From an uncultured Alphaproteobacteria bacterium (lineage in GTDB: Bacteria > Pseudomonadota > Alphaproteobacteria > HIMB59 > GCA-002718135), in contig CACKTS010000003.1 of the NCBI GenBank assembly GCA_902603095.1, positions 728 through 64,727 of the forward strand: 64,000 nucleotides of DNA, read 5' to 3'. Under the pieces are notes generated by a model. It was not told where the DNA came from. It searched no databases and worked only from the letters and a program-made list of their open reading frames with translations. Shown in pieces: positions 35,773 through 44,918 of this stretch. A program made the translations under genes and the position numbers. The first letter of the stretch is position 1. Each line of letters begins with the position of its first letter.

Positions 35773-35929
35773 AGTGTACTATATGTAGTATAAATTGTTT
35801 AATAAATATACTAATTATGCACTATTTCGATAGTTAAAAAAAGTATTTCTTAGATTGATTAATTTTGTTAAGGGAGACAAATCTTTGAAAAAAGATATTT
35901 AAATAATTATTTAAAACAAAGGAAATAAT

Positions 35930-36934
35930 ATGAAAAAACTATTATCAATCTTTGCGGTTTCTGTTTTTGCTTTTGCAGCAAATGCAGGGACTCTTGATGA
36001 TGTTAAAAATAGAGGTTTTCTAAAATGTGGTGTAACAACTGGTTTAGCTGGTTTTGCTGCTCCTGACGATAGTGGAGAGTGGGCTGGTCTTGATGCAGAT
36101 ATGTGTCGTGCAGTTGCTGTAGCAGTTTTTGGAGACCGTTCAAAAGTAGAATTTATCACTACAACTGGTAAATCTCGTTTTCCTACATTAGCTTCAGGTG
36201 AAGTTGATATGCTAGCGAGAAATACTACATGGACAATTAGTCGAGATGTTAATCTTGGTTTTGAGTTTGTTGGTGTTAACTTCTATGATGGACAAGGATT
36301 TATGATTCCTTCTTCTTTAGGTGTATCAAGTGCAACTGAATTAGATGGTGCTACTGTTTGTATTCAAACTGGTACTACTACTGAGTTAAACCTTGCTGAC
36401 TTCTTTAGATTAAATGGAATTAGCTATGAAGCTCTTCCAATTGAAACTAATGATGAAGGTAAAGAAAACTTATTCGCAGGTAGATGTGACGTATATACTA
36501 CTGACGCATCTGGACTTTCTTCAACTAGAGCTGCAGCAGCAGATCCTGGTAAATGGTTAGTTCTTCCTGAAATCATTTCTAAAGAACCTTTAGGTCCACT
36601 AGTAAGACATGGTGACCACCAATGGGGTGACGTTGTACGTTGGTCTCTAAATGCAATGATTATTGCAGAAGAACTTGGTGTTACTTCTGAAAATGTTGAT
36701 GCTCAAAAAAGCTCAAACGTTCCTGAAGTACTTAGACTTCTAGGTGTTGAAGGTTCATACGGTGAAATGCTTGAATTAGCTCCTGATTGGGCTTACCAAA
36801 TTATTAAACAAATTGGTAATTATTCAGAATCTTACGAAGCTAACGTAGGTCCAGATACACCTCTTGAAATTGCAAGAGGACTTAACGCTCTTTGGACTCA
36901 AGGTGGTATTTTATACGCACCTCCGTTCAGATAA
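35930..36934 (+). CDS. aapJ: General L-amino-acid ABC transporter periplasmic binding protein (AapJ / YhdW type)
   Basis: Signal peptide MKKLLSIFAVSVFAFAANA and a family-3 SBP (GFLKCGV..., DMLARNTTWT). GC content is markedly higher than the flanks. Followed by aapQMP. Confidence 0.88.
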   Translation: MKKLLSIFAVSVFAFAANAGTLDDVKNRGFLKCGVTTGLAGFAAPDDSGEWAGLDADMCRAVAVAVFGDRSKVEFITTTGKSRFPTLASGEVDMLARNTTWTISRDVNLGFEFVGVNFYDGQGFMIPSSLGVSSATELDGATVCIQTGTTTELNLADFFRLNGISYEALPIETNDEGKENLFAGRCDVYTTDASGLSSTRAAAADPGKWLVLPEIISKEPLGPLVRHGDHQWGDVVRWSLNAMIIAEELGVTSENVDAQKSSNVPEVLRLLGVEGSYGEMLELAPDWAYQIIKQIGNYSESYEANVGPDTPLEIARGLNALWTQGGILYAPPFR

Positions 36935-36954
36935 ATCGTTAATTTTTTACAATT

Positions 36955-36984
36955 AGGGGGTTTCAAAACCCCCTATTTTTTTTT
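36955..36984 (+). terminator. Intra-operon rho-independent terminator/attenuator after aapJ
   Basis: aGGGGGTTtcaaAACCCCCtattttttttt: a 7-bp stem, a 4-nt loop and a T9 run. It lies 11 nt before the aapQ ATG. Confidence 0.8.
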
Positions 36985-36995
36985 ATAGGAGTCTA

Positions 36996-38159
36996 ATGAG
37001 ATCTAACTTTAATTTTTTTTCTGATGAAAAGTTTAGATCCATTTTTTTTCAAACTTTAGTTATAGGGCTTTTTGCTTTAGGTATTTTTTTTATAGTTCAA
37101 ACAACTGCTTATAATTTAGAAAAAAGAAATATTGCAACAGGCTGGAGGTTTCTTTCAGACCCAGCTGGATTTGATATAAGTTTTTCACCTTTCATTAATT
37201 TTAAATCAACTGATACACATTTAGATGTATATTTTGTTGGTGTTTTGAACACTTTATTAGTTTCTTTTTGTGGTTGTATAGCTGCAACAATACTTGGTTT
37301 TTTAGTCGGCATTATTAGACTTTCTTCTAACTGGTTACTTGTAAGAGTAGCTTATATTTATGTAGAATTTACTCGAAATGTTCCTCTGCTTTTACAAATT
37401 ATTCTTTGGTATAGTATTTTAATACAACTCCCGAGAGTAAAACAATCTCTAGAATTTTTAGATACATTTTTTATTTCAAATAGAGGAATTTATTCTCCAA
37501 GACCAATATTTGAAAATGGATTTTCCTATGTTTTTATAGCATTTATTTTAGCATTAATTTCTAGTTTTATTATTAGAAGGTGGGCTAAAAAAAGACAAGA
37601 TGATACGGGTCAGCAGTTTCCGGTTATTTCAACTGCATTTGGTCTGATTATTCTGCTCCCACTCTTTTTATTTTTTATCCTAGGTTCACCAATGTCATTT
37701 GATTATCCAGCTTTAAAAGGATTTAATTTTAAGGGAGGTATGGTTATTAGACCAGAATTTATTGCAATGTTTTTGGCTCTAACTATTTATACAGCAGCAT
37801 TTATCTCTGAAACAGTTCGGTCCGGCATTTTATCTGTTACTAAAGGTCAAAGAGAAGCCTCAGCTTCTTTAGGTTTAAAAAAAAGTTGGATAATGAGACT
37901 GATTATTATTCCTCAAGCTTTAAGAGTAATTGTCCCACCACTAACAAGTCAATACTTAAATTTAACAAAGAATTCATCTTTAGGAATTGCAGTAGGTTAC
38001 GCTGATTTAGTTCATGGTTTTGGAGGTATAAGTCTTAATCAAACTGGTCAGGCAATTGAGTGTATGGTTATAGTAATGGCAACTTATTTGACTATAAGTT
38101 TAACAATATCCGTTTTTATGAATATTTATAATAGAAGTATACAATTTAAAGAGAAATAA
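36996..38159 (+). CDS. aapQ: General amino-acid ABC transporter permease AapQ (YhdX type)
   Basis: 387 aa, polytopic. EAA-type loop (SVTKGQREASASLGLKKSWIMRLIIIPQALR). Confidence 0.85.
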   Translation: MRSNFNFFSDEKFRSIFFQTLVIGLFALGIFFIVQTTAYNLEKRNIATGWRFLSDPAGFDISFSPFINFKSTDTHLDVYFVGVLNTLLVSFCGCIAATILGFLVGIIRLSSNWLLVRVAYIYVEFTRNVPLLLQIILWYSILIQLPRVKQSLEFLDTFFISNRGIYSPRPIFENGFSYVFIAFILALISSFIIRRWAKKRQDDTGQQFPVISTAFGLIILLPLFLFFILGSPMSFDYPALKGFNFKGGMVIRPEFIAMFLALTIYTAAFISETVRSGILSVTKGQREASASLGLKKSWIMRLIIIPQALRVIVPPLTSQYLNLTKNSSLGIAVGYADLVHGFGGISLNQTGQAIECMVIVMATYLTISLTISVFMNIYNRSIQFKEK

Positions 38160-38160
38160 T

Positions 38161-39294
38161 ATGAATGATATAACTGAATCAAGAAAACCTCCTGTTGCTA
38201 CAACTGGTATTTTGGGTTGGTTCAGAATGAATCTATTTTCAAACTGGGTTAATTCATTAATTTCTTTATTTGTACTATACATTTTATATCAATTTATTCC
38301 GTGGATATTGAATTGGACAATCTTTGCAGCTGATTTTAAATATAATTTTAACGGAGAAGAAATTATAAATAGAGAAATGTGTTCAAGAGTTCTTGATCCT
38401 GAAAATGGAGGAGCTTGTTGGGCAATAATATATGTAAGATTTTATCAATTCATGTATGGATTTTATCCAAGAGATGAGGTTTGGCGAGTAAATCTTAGTT
38501 ATATAATGCTTGCCGTTGCCGTAGTCCCTTTATTGTTTGATAAATTTCCATTCAGAAAGCATTTTTTAAAATTTACCTATGTATTTCCTATAATTGCATT
38601 TTTTCTTTTAAACGGAGGTCTCGGTCTTGATCCAGTATCTACAAATAAATGGGGAGGCTTACTTGTTACATTAGTTTTAGGTTGTACAGGTATAGCATTA
38701 GCATTTCCTTTAGGTATTATTTTAGCACTTGGTAGGCGTTCTAATCTTCCTGTAATTAGTATGATGTGTACTCTTTTCATAGAATTTATTAGAGGAGTGC
38801 CTCTCATCACACTTTTGTTTTTTGGAATGGTTATGTTGCCATTATTTTTACCTGAGGGAATAGACATGGATGGGTTAGCACGTGTTTTAGTAGCCGTTAC
38901 TTTATTCCAATCTGCCTATATGGCAGAAGTAATCAGAGGAGGTCTCCAAGCTATACCTCAAGGTCAATATGAAGCTGCTAGATCAATTGGTTTATCTTAT
39001 TGGCAAATGAATATGAAAGTAGTTTTACCTCAGGCAATTAGAATTTCTATTCCGTCTATTGTAAATACATCAATTGGTTTATTTAAAGATACTACATTAG
39101 TTATAATTGTTGGTTTATTGGATTTACTTGGAATTGGAAGAGGGGCTTTAGCTGACACAACCTGGTTAGGTTTAGCCTATGAAGTTTACTTTTTTGTATC
39201 CTTAGTGTTCTTTATTTTCACTTTTGGTATGTCTAGATACAGTTTATATTTGGAAAAAAAGCTTAAAACAGGTATTAACATGGGAGCAGATTAA
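38161..39294 (+). CDS. aapM: General amino-acid ABC transporter permease AapM (YhdY type)
   Basis: 377 aa. [35 protein letters not shown] loop. Confidence 0.85.
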   Translation: MNDITESRKPPVATTGILGWFRMNLFSNWVNSLISLFVLYILYQFIPWILNWTIFAADFKYNFNGEEIINREMCSRVLDPENGGACWAIIYVRFYQFMYGFYPRDEVWRVNLSYIMLAVAVVPLLFDKFPFRKHFLKFTYVFPIIAFFLLNGGLGLDPVSTNKWGGLLVTLVLGCTGIALAFPLGIILALGRRSNLPVISMMCTLFIEFIRGVPLITLLFFGMVMLPLFLPEGIDMDGLARVLVAVTLFQSAYMAEVIRGGLQAIPQGQYEAARSIGLSYWQMNMKVVLPQAIRISIPSIVNTSIGLFKDTTLVIIVGLLDLLGIGRGALADTTWLGLAYEVYFFVSLVFFIFTFGMSRYSLYLEKKLKTGINMGAD

Positions 39295-39295
39295 T

Positions 39296-40039
39296 ATGTC
39301 AGAAGATTCAATAATTTCATTACAAAATGTAAACAAGTGGTTTGGAGAATTTCATGTTCTTAAAGATGTTGATCTTGAAGTAAAAAAGAAAGAAAGAATT
39401 GTTGTCTGTGGACCTTCAGGTTCTGGTAAATCAACAATGATTAGATGTATTAATAGGTTGGAAGAACATCAAGAAGGAACTATTATTGTTGATGGTATTG
39501 AGCTTACAGGAAATTTAAAAAATATTGATAGTGTTAGAAAAGAAGTAGGGATGGTTTTTCAGCAGTTCAATCTATTCCCTCATTTATCAGTTAAAGAAAA
39601 TATAACTCTTGCACCTATATGGGTTAAAAAAATGCCAAAAGCTGAAGCTGAAGAATTAGCTATGCAGCAATTAGAAATTGTTAAAATACCTGAACAAGCA
39701 GATAAATATCCAGGTCAACTATCAGGAGGGCAACAGCAGAGAGTTGCAATTGCTAGATCTCTAGCAATGAAACCTAATATTATGCTCTTTGATGAACCTA
39801 CTTCAGCATTAGATCCAGAAATGATTAAAGAAGTTTTGGATGTTATGATCGATTTAGCAGAAGGTGGAATGACTATGATAGTTGTTACACATGAGATGGG
39901 TTTTGCTAAAACTGTAGCTGATAGAATGGTCTTTATGGATGAGGGTAGAATTGTTGAGCAAGCAGAGCCGGATAAATTTTTTAATAATCCTGAAAGTGAT
40001 CGAACAAAATTATTTTTAAGTCAGATTCTTAATCATTAA
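39296..40039 (+). CDS. aapP: General amino-acid ABC transporter ATP-binding protein AapP (YhdZ type)
   Basis: Walker [10 protein letters not shown], signature [13 protein letters not shown] and Walker [14 protein letters not shown] chose the ATG at 39296 ([11 protein letters not shown]) over the upstream in-frame start at 39224. Confidence 0.92.
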   Translation: MSEDSIISLQNVNKWFGEFHVLKDVDLEVKKKERIVVCGPSGSGKSTMIRCINRLEEHQEGTIIVDGIELTGNLKNIDSVRKEVGMVFQQFNLFPHLSVKENITLAPIWVKKMPKAEAEELAMQQLEIVKIPEQADKYPGQLSGGQQQRVAIARSLAMKPNIMLFDEPTSALDPEMIKEVLDVMIDLAEGGMTMIVVTHEMGFAKTVADRMVFMDEGRIVEQAEPDKFFNNPESDRTKLFLSQILNH

Positions 40040-40730
40040 GTAAAATATTTACCCTTCTGTTCATCCTTCCTTTATTTTCTATCTTTCCTATTTTAATTTC
40101 ACCTATTTCTTTTGTAGAATATACATGAGTTCCACCACAAGGTTGAAAATCTATATCACCTATTTTAACAAATCTTAATTTTCCAATAATTTTTGGAGGC
40201 TTAACAGACATTGTCCTTACTAAATCTGGCTGACTTTCAAGTATCTTGCTATCTATATACTCGTAAATTATTTTATGGTCATCATTCATTAATTGATTAA
40301 TTTTACCTTCTATCTCTTCCTTATTTATTTTTTTCTCTGGATCATTGAAATCTAGTCTACTTTTTTCATAACCAATTTGCCCTCCTGTTACTGCCAAAGG
40401 TACAGTTGCACACATTAAATGTAATGCGCTGTGCATACGCATGTATTTATATCTCTTATCCCAATCAATGATTGCTGTTACTTCCTGATTGATCCGCAGG
40501 TTGTTTATATCTTGCAATATATTCTTTATTACATCTTCTGATTTTATTGTACTTTTAACCTCTATTTTTTGACCATCTATTATAATTTGCCCTGTGTCAC
40601 CTGGTTGACCACCACTTTGCCCATAAAATATAGTGTCTTCTAATTCTATTGTTTTATTTTCTTTATCTATTTTAGTTATTTTGGTTATTATTTCTTTTTG
40701 ATATGCGTTGGTTTCAAAAATTTTTGCCAT
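40029..40730 (-). CDS. alaX: Alanyl-tRNA editing protein AlaX-M type (Thr/Ala-tRNA synthetase second additional domain)
   Basis: HSALHLM (HxxxH) and the CGGTHV Zn motif. 233 aa. Confidence 0.8.
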   Translation of the reverse strand: MAKIFETNAYQKEIITKITKIDKENKTIELEDTIFYGQSGGQPGDTGQIIIDGQKIEVKSTIKSEDVIKNILQDINNLRINQEVTAIIDWDKRYKYMRMHSALHLMCATVPLAVTGGQIGYEKSRLDFNDPEKKINKEEIEGKINQLMNDDHKIIYEYIDSKILESQPDLVRTMSVKPPKIIGKLRFVKIGDIDFQPCGGTHVYSTKEIGEIKIGKIENKGRMNRRVNILLND

Positions 40731-40762
40731 AATTTTTTTTAACAGATTTTGATATTATTATG

Positions 40763-40790
40763 TTGACTTTTTTATTAATCTAAATAAATT
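40763..40790 (+). promoter_or_regulatory. Candidate sigma-70 promoter of umuDC
   Basis: TTGACT (40763-40768), a 16-nt spacer, then TAAATT (40785-40790). The LexA box lies immediately downstream. Confidence 0.45.
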
Positions 40791-40791
40791 A

Positions 40792-40806
40792 GAACAAAAC
40801 AAGAAC
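40792..40806 (+). promoter_or_regulatory. Alphaproteobacterial-type LexA (SOS) box GAAC-N7-GAAC
   Basis: GAACaaaacaaGAAC is an exact direct-repeat motif (the complement of GTTC-N7-GTTC). It sits about 65 nt upstream of the umuD ATG, overlapping the predicted transcription start. Confidence 0.65.
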
Positions 40807-40870
40807 ATTAATATATTTATAATAAATATAACTATTGTTTATCAAATATTTAATTAACTTATTTAAAATT

Positions 40871-41314
40871 ATGAATGAAAAAAATATACTGTCAATTATC
40901 AATATAGAAGCTGATAAAAAAACAAATACACCTATGTTTCTGGACTCTGTATCAGCTGGTTTCCCTTCTCCTGCAACTGACTATATGGAAAACAAACTTG
41001 ATCTTAATGAATATCTTGTAAAACATCCTGCTGCTACTTTTATTGTAAAAGCAAATGGTCCTTCGATGATAGAGGCTGGAATTTTATCAGGAGATCTATT
41101 GATTGTAGATAGAAGTGTTACGCCAAAAAATGATAATATTGTAATAGCTTCGGTGTTTGGTGATCTCACAGTAAAAAAACTACGCAAGAAAGGATCTGCA
41201 TTATTTTTAGTTTCAGCCAATAATGCATATTCTAGTATTGAAGTGAGAGAGGAGATGGAATGTTTTATATGGGGGGTGGTTACATATGTCATACATAAAG
41301 CAATTACAAAATAA
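40871..41314 (+). CDS. umuD: Translesion polymerase V accessory subunit UmuD (S24 LexA-like peptidase)
   Basis: VSAGFPSPATDYME (cleavage region, cf. E. coli VQCGFPSPAADYVE), GPSM (Ser nucleophile) and TVKKL (Lys). I chose the ATG at 40871. Confidence 0.88.
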   Translation: MNEKNILSIINIEADKKTNTPMFLDSVSAGFPSPATDYMENKLDLNEYLVKHPAATFIVKANGPSMIEAGILSGDLLIVDRSVTPKNDNIVIASVFGDLTVKKLRKKGSALFLVSANNAYSSIEVREEMECFIWGVVTYVIHKAITK

Positions 41315-42590
41315 ACACTCATCTTTGGACAATTCTATTGCTTTAATAGACTGTAATAACTTTTATGCATCTTGTGAAAGAATATTCAATCCAAGATTAA
41401 TGGGAAAGCCCATTGTTGTTCTATCAAATAATGATGGTTGTATAATAACAAGATCAGCAGAAGCTAAAAAACTAGGCATTAAGATGGGGGAGCCATACTT
41501 TAAAGCAAAAAAAATTATTGATCAAAATAATGTGAAGGTTTTTTCTTCTAACTATTCTCTTTATGGAGATATTTCTCAGCGGGTTATGGAAACATTAGCA
41601 AGGTTTGCTTCTGATGTAGAAATTTATTCTATAGATGAGGCTTTTTTAGGATTCAATGGTTTTCAAAACTATGAATTGAAAACATACTGTAGTTATATAC
41701 GCCGTACCATAAAAAAATGGGTAGGTATTCCAGTAAGTATAGGTATAAGTTCAACAAAAACACTTTCAAAAATTGCAAATAATTTGGCAAAAAAAAATAA
41801 AGAGTATGATGGTGTGTGTGTATTAAAATCTTGGTTTGATATAAATGAAGCTTTGAAGCTAACTCCCATAGAAGATGTGTGGGGTATAGGTCGAAGATTA
41901 TCTATTTTTTTACAAAAATATAATATCAATACTGCTTATGATTTCACTCAACTTGATAAAGGGTGGATAAAAAAAAATATGGGTGTTTTGGGAGAGAAAA
42001 CATTTTTAGAGCTTTGTGGTATATCCTGTATTGAATTAGATTTAATTCCATCAGATAAAAAAAGTTGTTGTGTTTCAAGATCGTTTAGTAAGAAAATAGA
42101 AAAAATCTATGATTTAGAAGAGTCTGTTTCAACCTACGGCGCAAGAGCTGCAGAGAAGATAAGGGAGGAAGGATTAGTAGCTGAATCAATGAGTGTTTTT
42201 GTTCTTACAAATTACTTTAACAGAAAAGAAAAACAGTATTCAAATTCAATTAAGTTACAGTTACCCTATCCAACCAATAATAGTATTAAGATTGTGAAGC
42301 GAGCATTGGCAGGAATAAGAAAAATATATCGTGAAGGATATCGTTATAAAAAAGCAGGAGTCATTCTATATGGCTTAAGTAGAGCAAGTCAGACAAAAGG
42401 TCTTTTAGATTACGATCGAGAAAGTTCAGAGTCGATTATGAATACAATGGATAGAATTAATGGGCGCTATGGTAGTTCTGCAATTAGATTAGCATCTGAG
42501 GGTATTAAAAAATCATGGAGAATGAAAAGGGAGAGTGTCTCTCCATGTTATACAACAAGTTTTGATGATTTGGTTGAAGTAAAAACTTAA
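41286..42590 (+). CDS. umuC: Y-family DNA polymerase V catalytic subunit UmuC
   Basis: IALIDCNNFYASCERIFNP, SIDEAFL and GIGRR motifs. The start is uncertain: either the ATG at 41286, which overlaps umuD by 29 nt, or the TTG at 41325. Confidence 0.88.
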   Translation: MSYIKQLQNKHSSLDNSIALIDCNNFYASCERIFNPRLMGKPIVVLSNNDGCIITRSAEAKKLGIKMGEPYFKAKKIIDQNNVKVFSSNYSLYGDISQRVMETLARFASDVEIYSIDEAFLGFNGFQNYELKTYCSYIRRTIKKWVGIPVSIGISSTKTLSKIANNLAKKNKEYDGVCVLKSWFDINEALKLTPIEDVWGIGRRLSIFLQKYNINTAYDFTQLDKGWIKKNMGVLGEKTFLELCGISCIELDLIPSDKKSCCVSRSFSKKIEKIYDLEESVSTYGARAAEKIREEGLVAESMSVFVLTNYFNRKEKQYSNSIKLQLPYPTNNSIKIVKRALAGIRKIYREGYRYKKAGVILYGLSRASQTKGLLDYDRESSESIMNTMDRINGRYGSSAIRLASEGIKKSWRMKRESVSPCYTTSFDDLVEVKT

Positions 42591-42611
42591 TCTTTAGATT
42601 GCATTATAGAA

Positions 42612-42686
42612 TGGCTCCCCGGGCCGGGCTCGAACCAGCGACCGATCGGTTAACAGCCGATTGCTCTACCACTGAGCTACCGAGGA
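42612..42686 (-). tRNA. tRNA-Asn (anticodon GUU), CCA encoded
   Basis: The reverse complement is TCCTCGGTAGCTCAGTGGTAGAGCAATCGGCTGTTAACCGATCGGTCGCTGGTTCGAGCCCGGCCCGGGGAGCCA. Anticodon loop CT-GTT-AA. Confidence 0.9.
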
Positions 42687-42733
42687 ACACAATTTAGGTG
42701 TTAATAAAAAAAAGAAAAAAAAACAAGCAAAAT

Positions 42734-42807
42734 ATGGAGGCTCGGAGCGGAATCGAACCGCTGTGCAAGGCTTTGCAGGCCCCTACATAACCACTCTGCC
42801 ACCGAGC
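42734..42807 (-). tRNA. tRNA-Cys (anticodon GCA), CCA encoded
   Basis: The reverse complement is GGCTCGGTGGCAGAGTGGTTATGTAGGGGCCTGCAAAGCCTTGCACAGCGGTTCGATTCCGCTCCGAGCCTCCA. Anticodon loop CT-GCA-AA, U73 discriminator. Confidence 0.9.
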
Positions 42808-42906
42808 CAAATTTTTTGCACAATTAATCTGTTATTAACTTCAAGTCAATTAATCAAAATTTGCATAGTCAAAAAAATAAAAAACATATCAATTATACAA
42901 GTTATT

Positions 42907-43596
42907 ATGTATACAAAATCCATTATAAATTATCCTAAAATGAACATAAATTTTGAAAAAAATCGAGAGATTATGATAGAAAATCAGCTCAAACCAAATA
43001 AAATAACTGATACTAATATTTTGTCAGTTTTTAATATGATTTCTAAAGAAAATTTTATTTCTAAAGACAAAATAAATATATGTTATTCTGATCAAGACAT
43101 TTCAGTAAAACAAGCAAGAGGGTATCTAAAAAATCTTCATCTTGCTCAAATATTATATTATGCAGATATTAAAGAACATGAAAAAGTTTTACATATTGGT
43201 GGACTTACAGGGTATTTATCTGTTTTAATTGCCAAATTAAGTAATGAAATTTTTGTTACAGATAAAGATGAAGACTGCATAGAAGATATAATTAAAAATT
43301 TTAAAGATAATGAAATTAAAAACGGTCATGTTTTTATGCAAGATTTCTCAGAAGGTTTAGTTGAGAAAAAACCTTATGATTTAATAATCATTGATTGTCC
43401 ACAATATAATATTAATCTTGATTTACTAGATCAGTTAAATGTGGAAGGAAGAATTATATATATTGAAAAAATTAACAAAGAATTATCTAAAGCATATAAA
43501 ATGATTAAATTTGAAAATAATTATTCTAAAGAGTTCTTATTTGATGTATTTTCTAATTTTTATCTTACTAGAAAAGAAGAGGGATTTAAATTTTAA
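42907..43596 (+). CDS. Protein-L-isoaspartate O-methyltransferase-like SAM methyltransferase (divergent paralogue)
   Basis: MIENQLKPNKITD...FI and a degenerate SAM motif, VLHIGGLTGY. I chose the ATG at 42907 because the ORF-track start at 42763 lies inside tRNA-Cys. Confidence 0.6.
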   Translation: MYTKSIINYPKMNINFEKNREIMIENQLKPNKITDTNILSVFNMISKENFISKDKINICYSDQDISVKQARGYLKNLHLAQILYYADIKEHEKVLHIGGLTGYLSVLIAKLSNEIFVTDKDEDCIEDIIKNFKDNEIKNGHVFMQDFSEGLVEKKPYDLIIIDCPQYNINLDLLDQLNVEGRIIYIEKINKELSKAYKMIKFENNYSKEFLFDVFSNFYLTRKEEGFKF

Positions 43597-44879
43597 TGAT
43601 AAAAATTTTATTGATTTTATTTGTTTTGATTTCTAAAGTTGCATTCGCAATTAACATTGATGAAGCAATAAAAAGTACAATTGAAAATAATCCAAAAGTT
43701 CAAATAGCATATGAAAAGTTAGAAGAATCAAAAGAGCTTATTGAAAATGCATATAATCAAAAACTTCCAACTATTACTAGTACAATATCAGGAACATATT
43801 CTAATTCTGAGACTTCGACATCAAAAACAACTTCCACTTCTGATACTTTTACAGATAAATATAAATTAACACTTAATCAAAATTTATATGATGCAGGTGA
43901 GAAAAATTTGGAAATACAGCGATCAAAATTACTATTTGATAAAGAAGTAATTAATTTTAAAGTAACTATCCAAAATCTTATACTTTCTGCAATTGATGGT
44001 TACCTAACTGTGATAAATTATGAAAAATCTCAAGAAGCTAGTAATAAAAATTTTGACTCAGTTTCAAGATTTCTTGATGAGACTAAGACTAAATTTAATT
44101 TAGGTTCAGCAACGCTTTATGAACTTCAAAATGCTGAGTCAGCTTACGCTATCGCTGAAACTAATTTATTTATAGCTCAACAGAATTATGAAGTTAGCAA
44201 GATAACATTTAATAGAATAGTTGGTTTAAAACCAATTAATTTAGAAGAGGTTGTAGATATTAATGATAGTATAAACTTGAAAAGTTTTATTAAAAATGTT
44301 GAAAAAAATAATTATACATTAGCATCACTTGATAATGATATTAAAAATACAAATATATTGCTTTCAAAAGAGAAACTCAGCAACAAGCCTTCTTTAGATT
44401 TATCGACCTCAGTAGAATATTCGGATTCAGGAAGACTAGATGCTGGTACAGAAACAACAAATGGAACAATTGGTTTGACATTAACAATTCCAATTTTTCA
44501 AAAAAATAACGATAAATCGGATATACGAAAGTATCAATCGCAATTATTGCAGTCAGAATTAACATATGATGATACTAAACAAGATCTTAAAATACAAGCT
44601 TCTAACTTGTATAAAAACTATTTAATTAGCAAATCAAATATTTCTTCAAATAATAAGCAGTTACAATCAATTCAAACTTCTCTTGAAAGTATTAAAGAAG
44701 AATACAACATCGGTACCAAAACAATAACTGACTTAATTGAGGCCGAAAGTGAGCTTTTAAATATTAATGTTAATTATCATGCTTCTAAAAAAGATATGAT
44801 ATTAAATTATTTCAATATTATGGCTCTTGAAGGCTCATTAATAGCAGCTTTTGAAAATTTTTTACCTAATTACAATTAA
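43596..44879 (+). CDS. tolC: TolC-family outer-membrane channel
   Basis: Signal peptide and the INIDEAIKSTIENNPKVQ start typical of TolC. It has two repeated coiled-coil/beta-barrel halves. 427 aa. Confidence 0.8.
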   Translation: MIKILLILFVLISKVAFAINIDEAIKSTIENNPKVQIAYEKLEESKELIENAYNQKLPTITSTISGTYSNSETSTSKTTSTSDTFTDKYKLTLNQNLYDAGEKNLEIQRSKLLFDKEVINFKVTIQNLILSAIDGYLTVINYEKSQEASNKNFDSVSRFLDETKTKFNLGSATLYELQNAESAYAIAETNLFIAQQNYEVSKITFNRIVGLKPINLEEVVDINDSINLKSFIKNVEKNNYTLASLDNDIKNTNILLSKEKLSNKPSLDLSTSVEYSDSGRLDAGTETTNGTIGLTLTIPIFQKNNDKSDIRKYQSQLLQSELTYDDTKQDLKIQASNLYKNYLISKSNISSNNKQLQSIQTSLESIKEEYNIGTKTITDLIEAESELLNINVNYHASKKDMILNYFNIMALEGSLIAAFENFLPNYN

Positions 44880-44918
44880 GCTTTAGTATTTCATTTACTT
44901 AATTTATAAGTAATAATT

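Noticed and set aside
35911-36159. 82-aa Ala/Pro/Ser-rich ORF antisense to the 5' end of aapJ.
   Set aside because: It is kept open only because aapJ is locally GC-rich. It overlaps the aapJ RBS and signal peptide and has no independent signals.
35930-36934. Higher GC of aapJ (and of the SBP gene at 23790..25118, ilvD and proteorhodopsin) as a sign of horizontal transfer.
   Set aside because: The elevated GC tracks highly expressed or highly conserved soluble proteins rich in Ala, Gly and Asp. The AT-richest genes are membrane proteins. Synteny with aapQMP is native, so composition reflects amino-acid and codon usage rather than foreign origin.
42763-42906. N-terminal extension of the pcm-like ORF as given in the ORF track.
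   Set aside because: The first 45 nt of that ORF are the reverse strand of tRNA-Cys (42734..42807). The plausible start is the ATG at 42907.
42907-43596. Two PCMT-like genes (42907..43596 and 58177..58803) as a recent duplication.
   Set aside because: The sequences are highly divergent: the SAM motif is GGLTGY in one and GTGSGY in the other. The tolC-linked paralogue is an old, widely conserved alphaproteobacterial family, not a recent duplicate.
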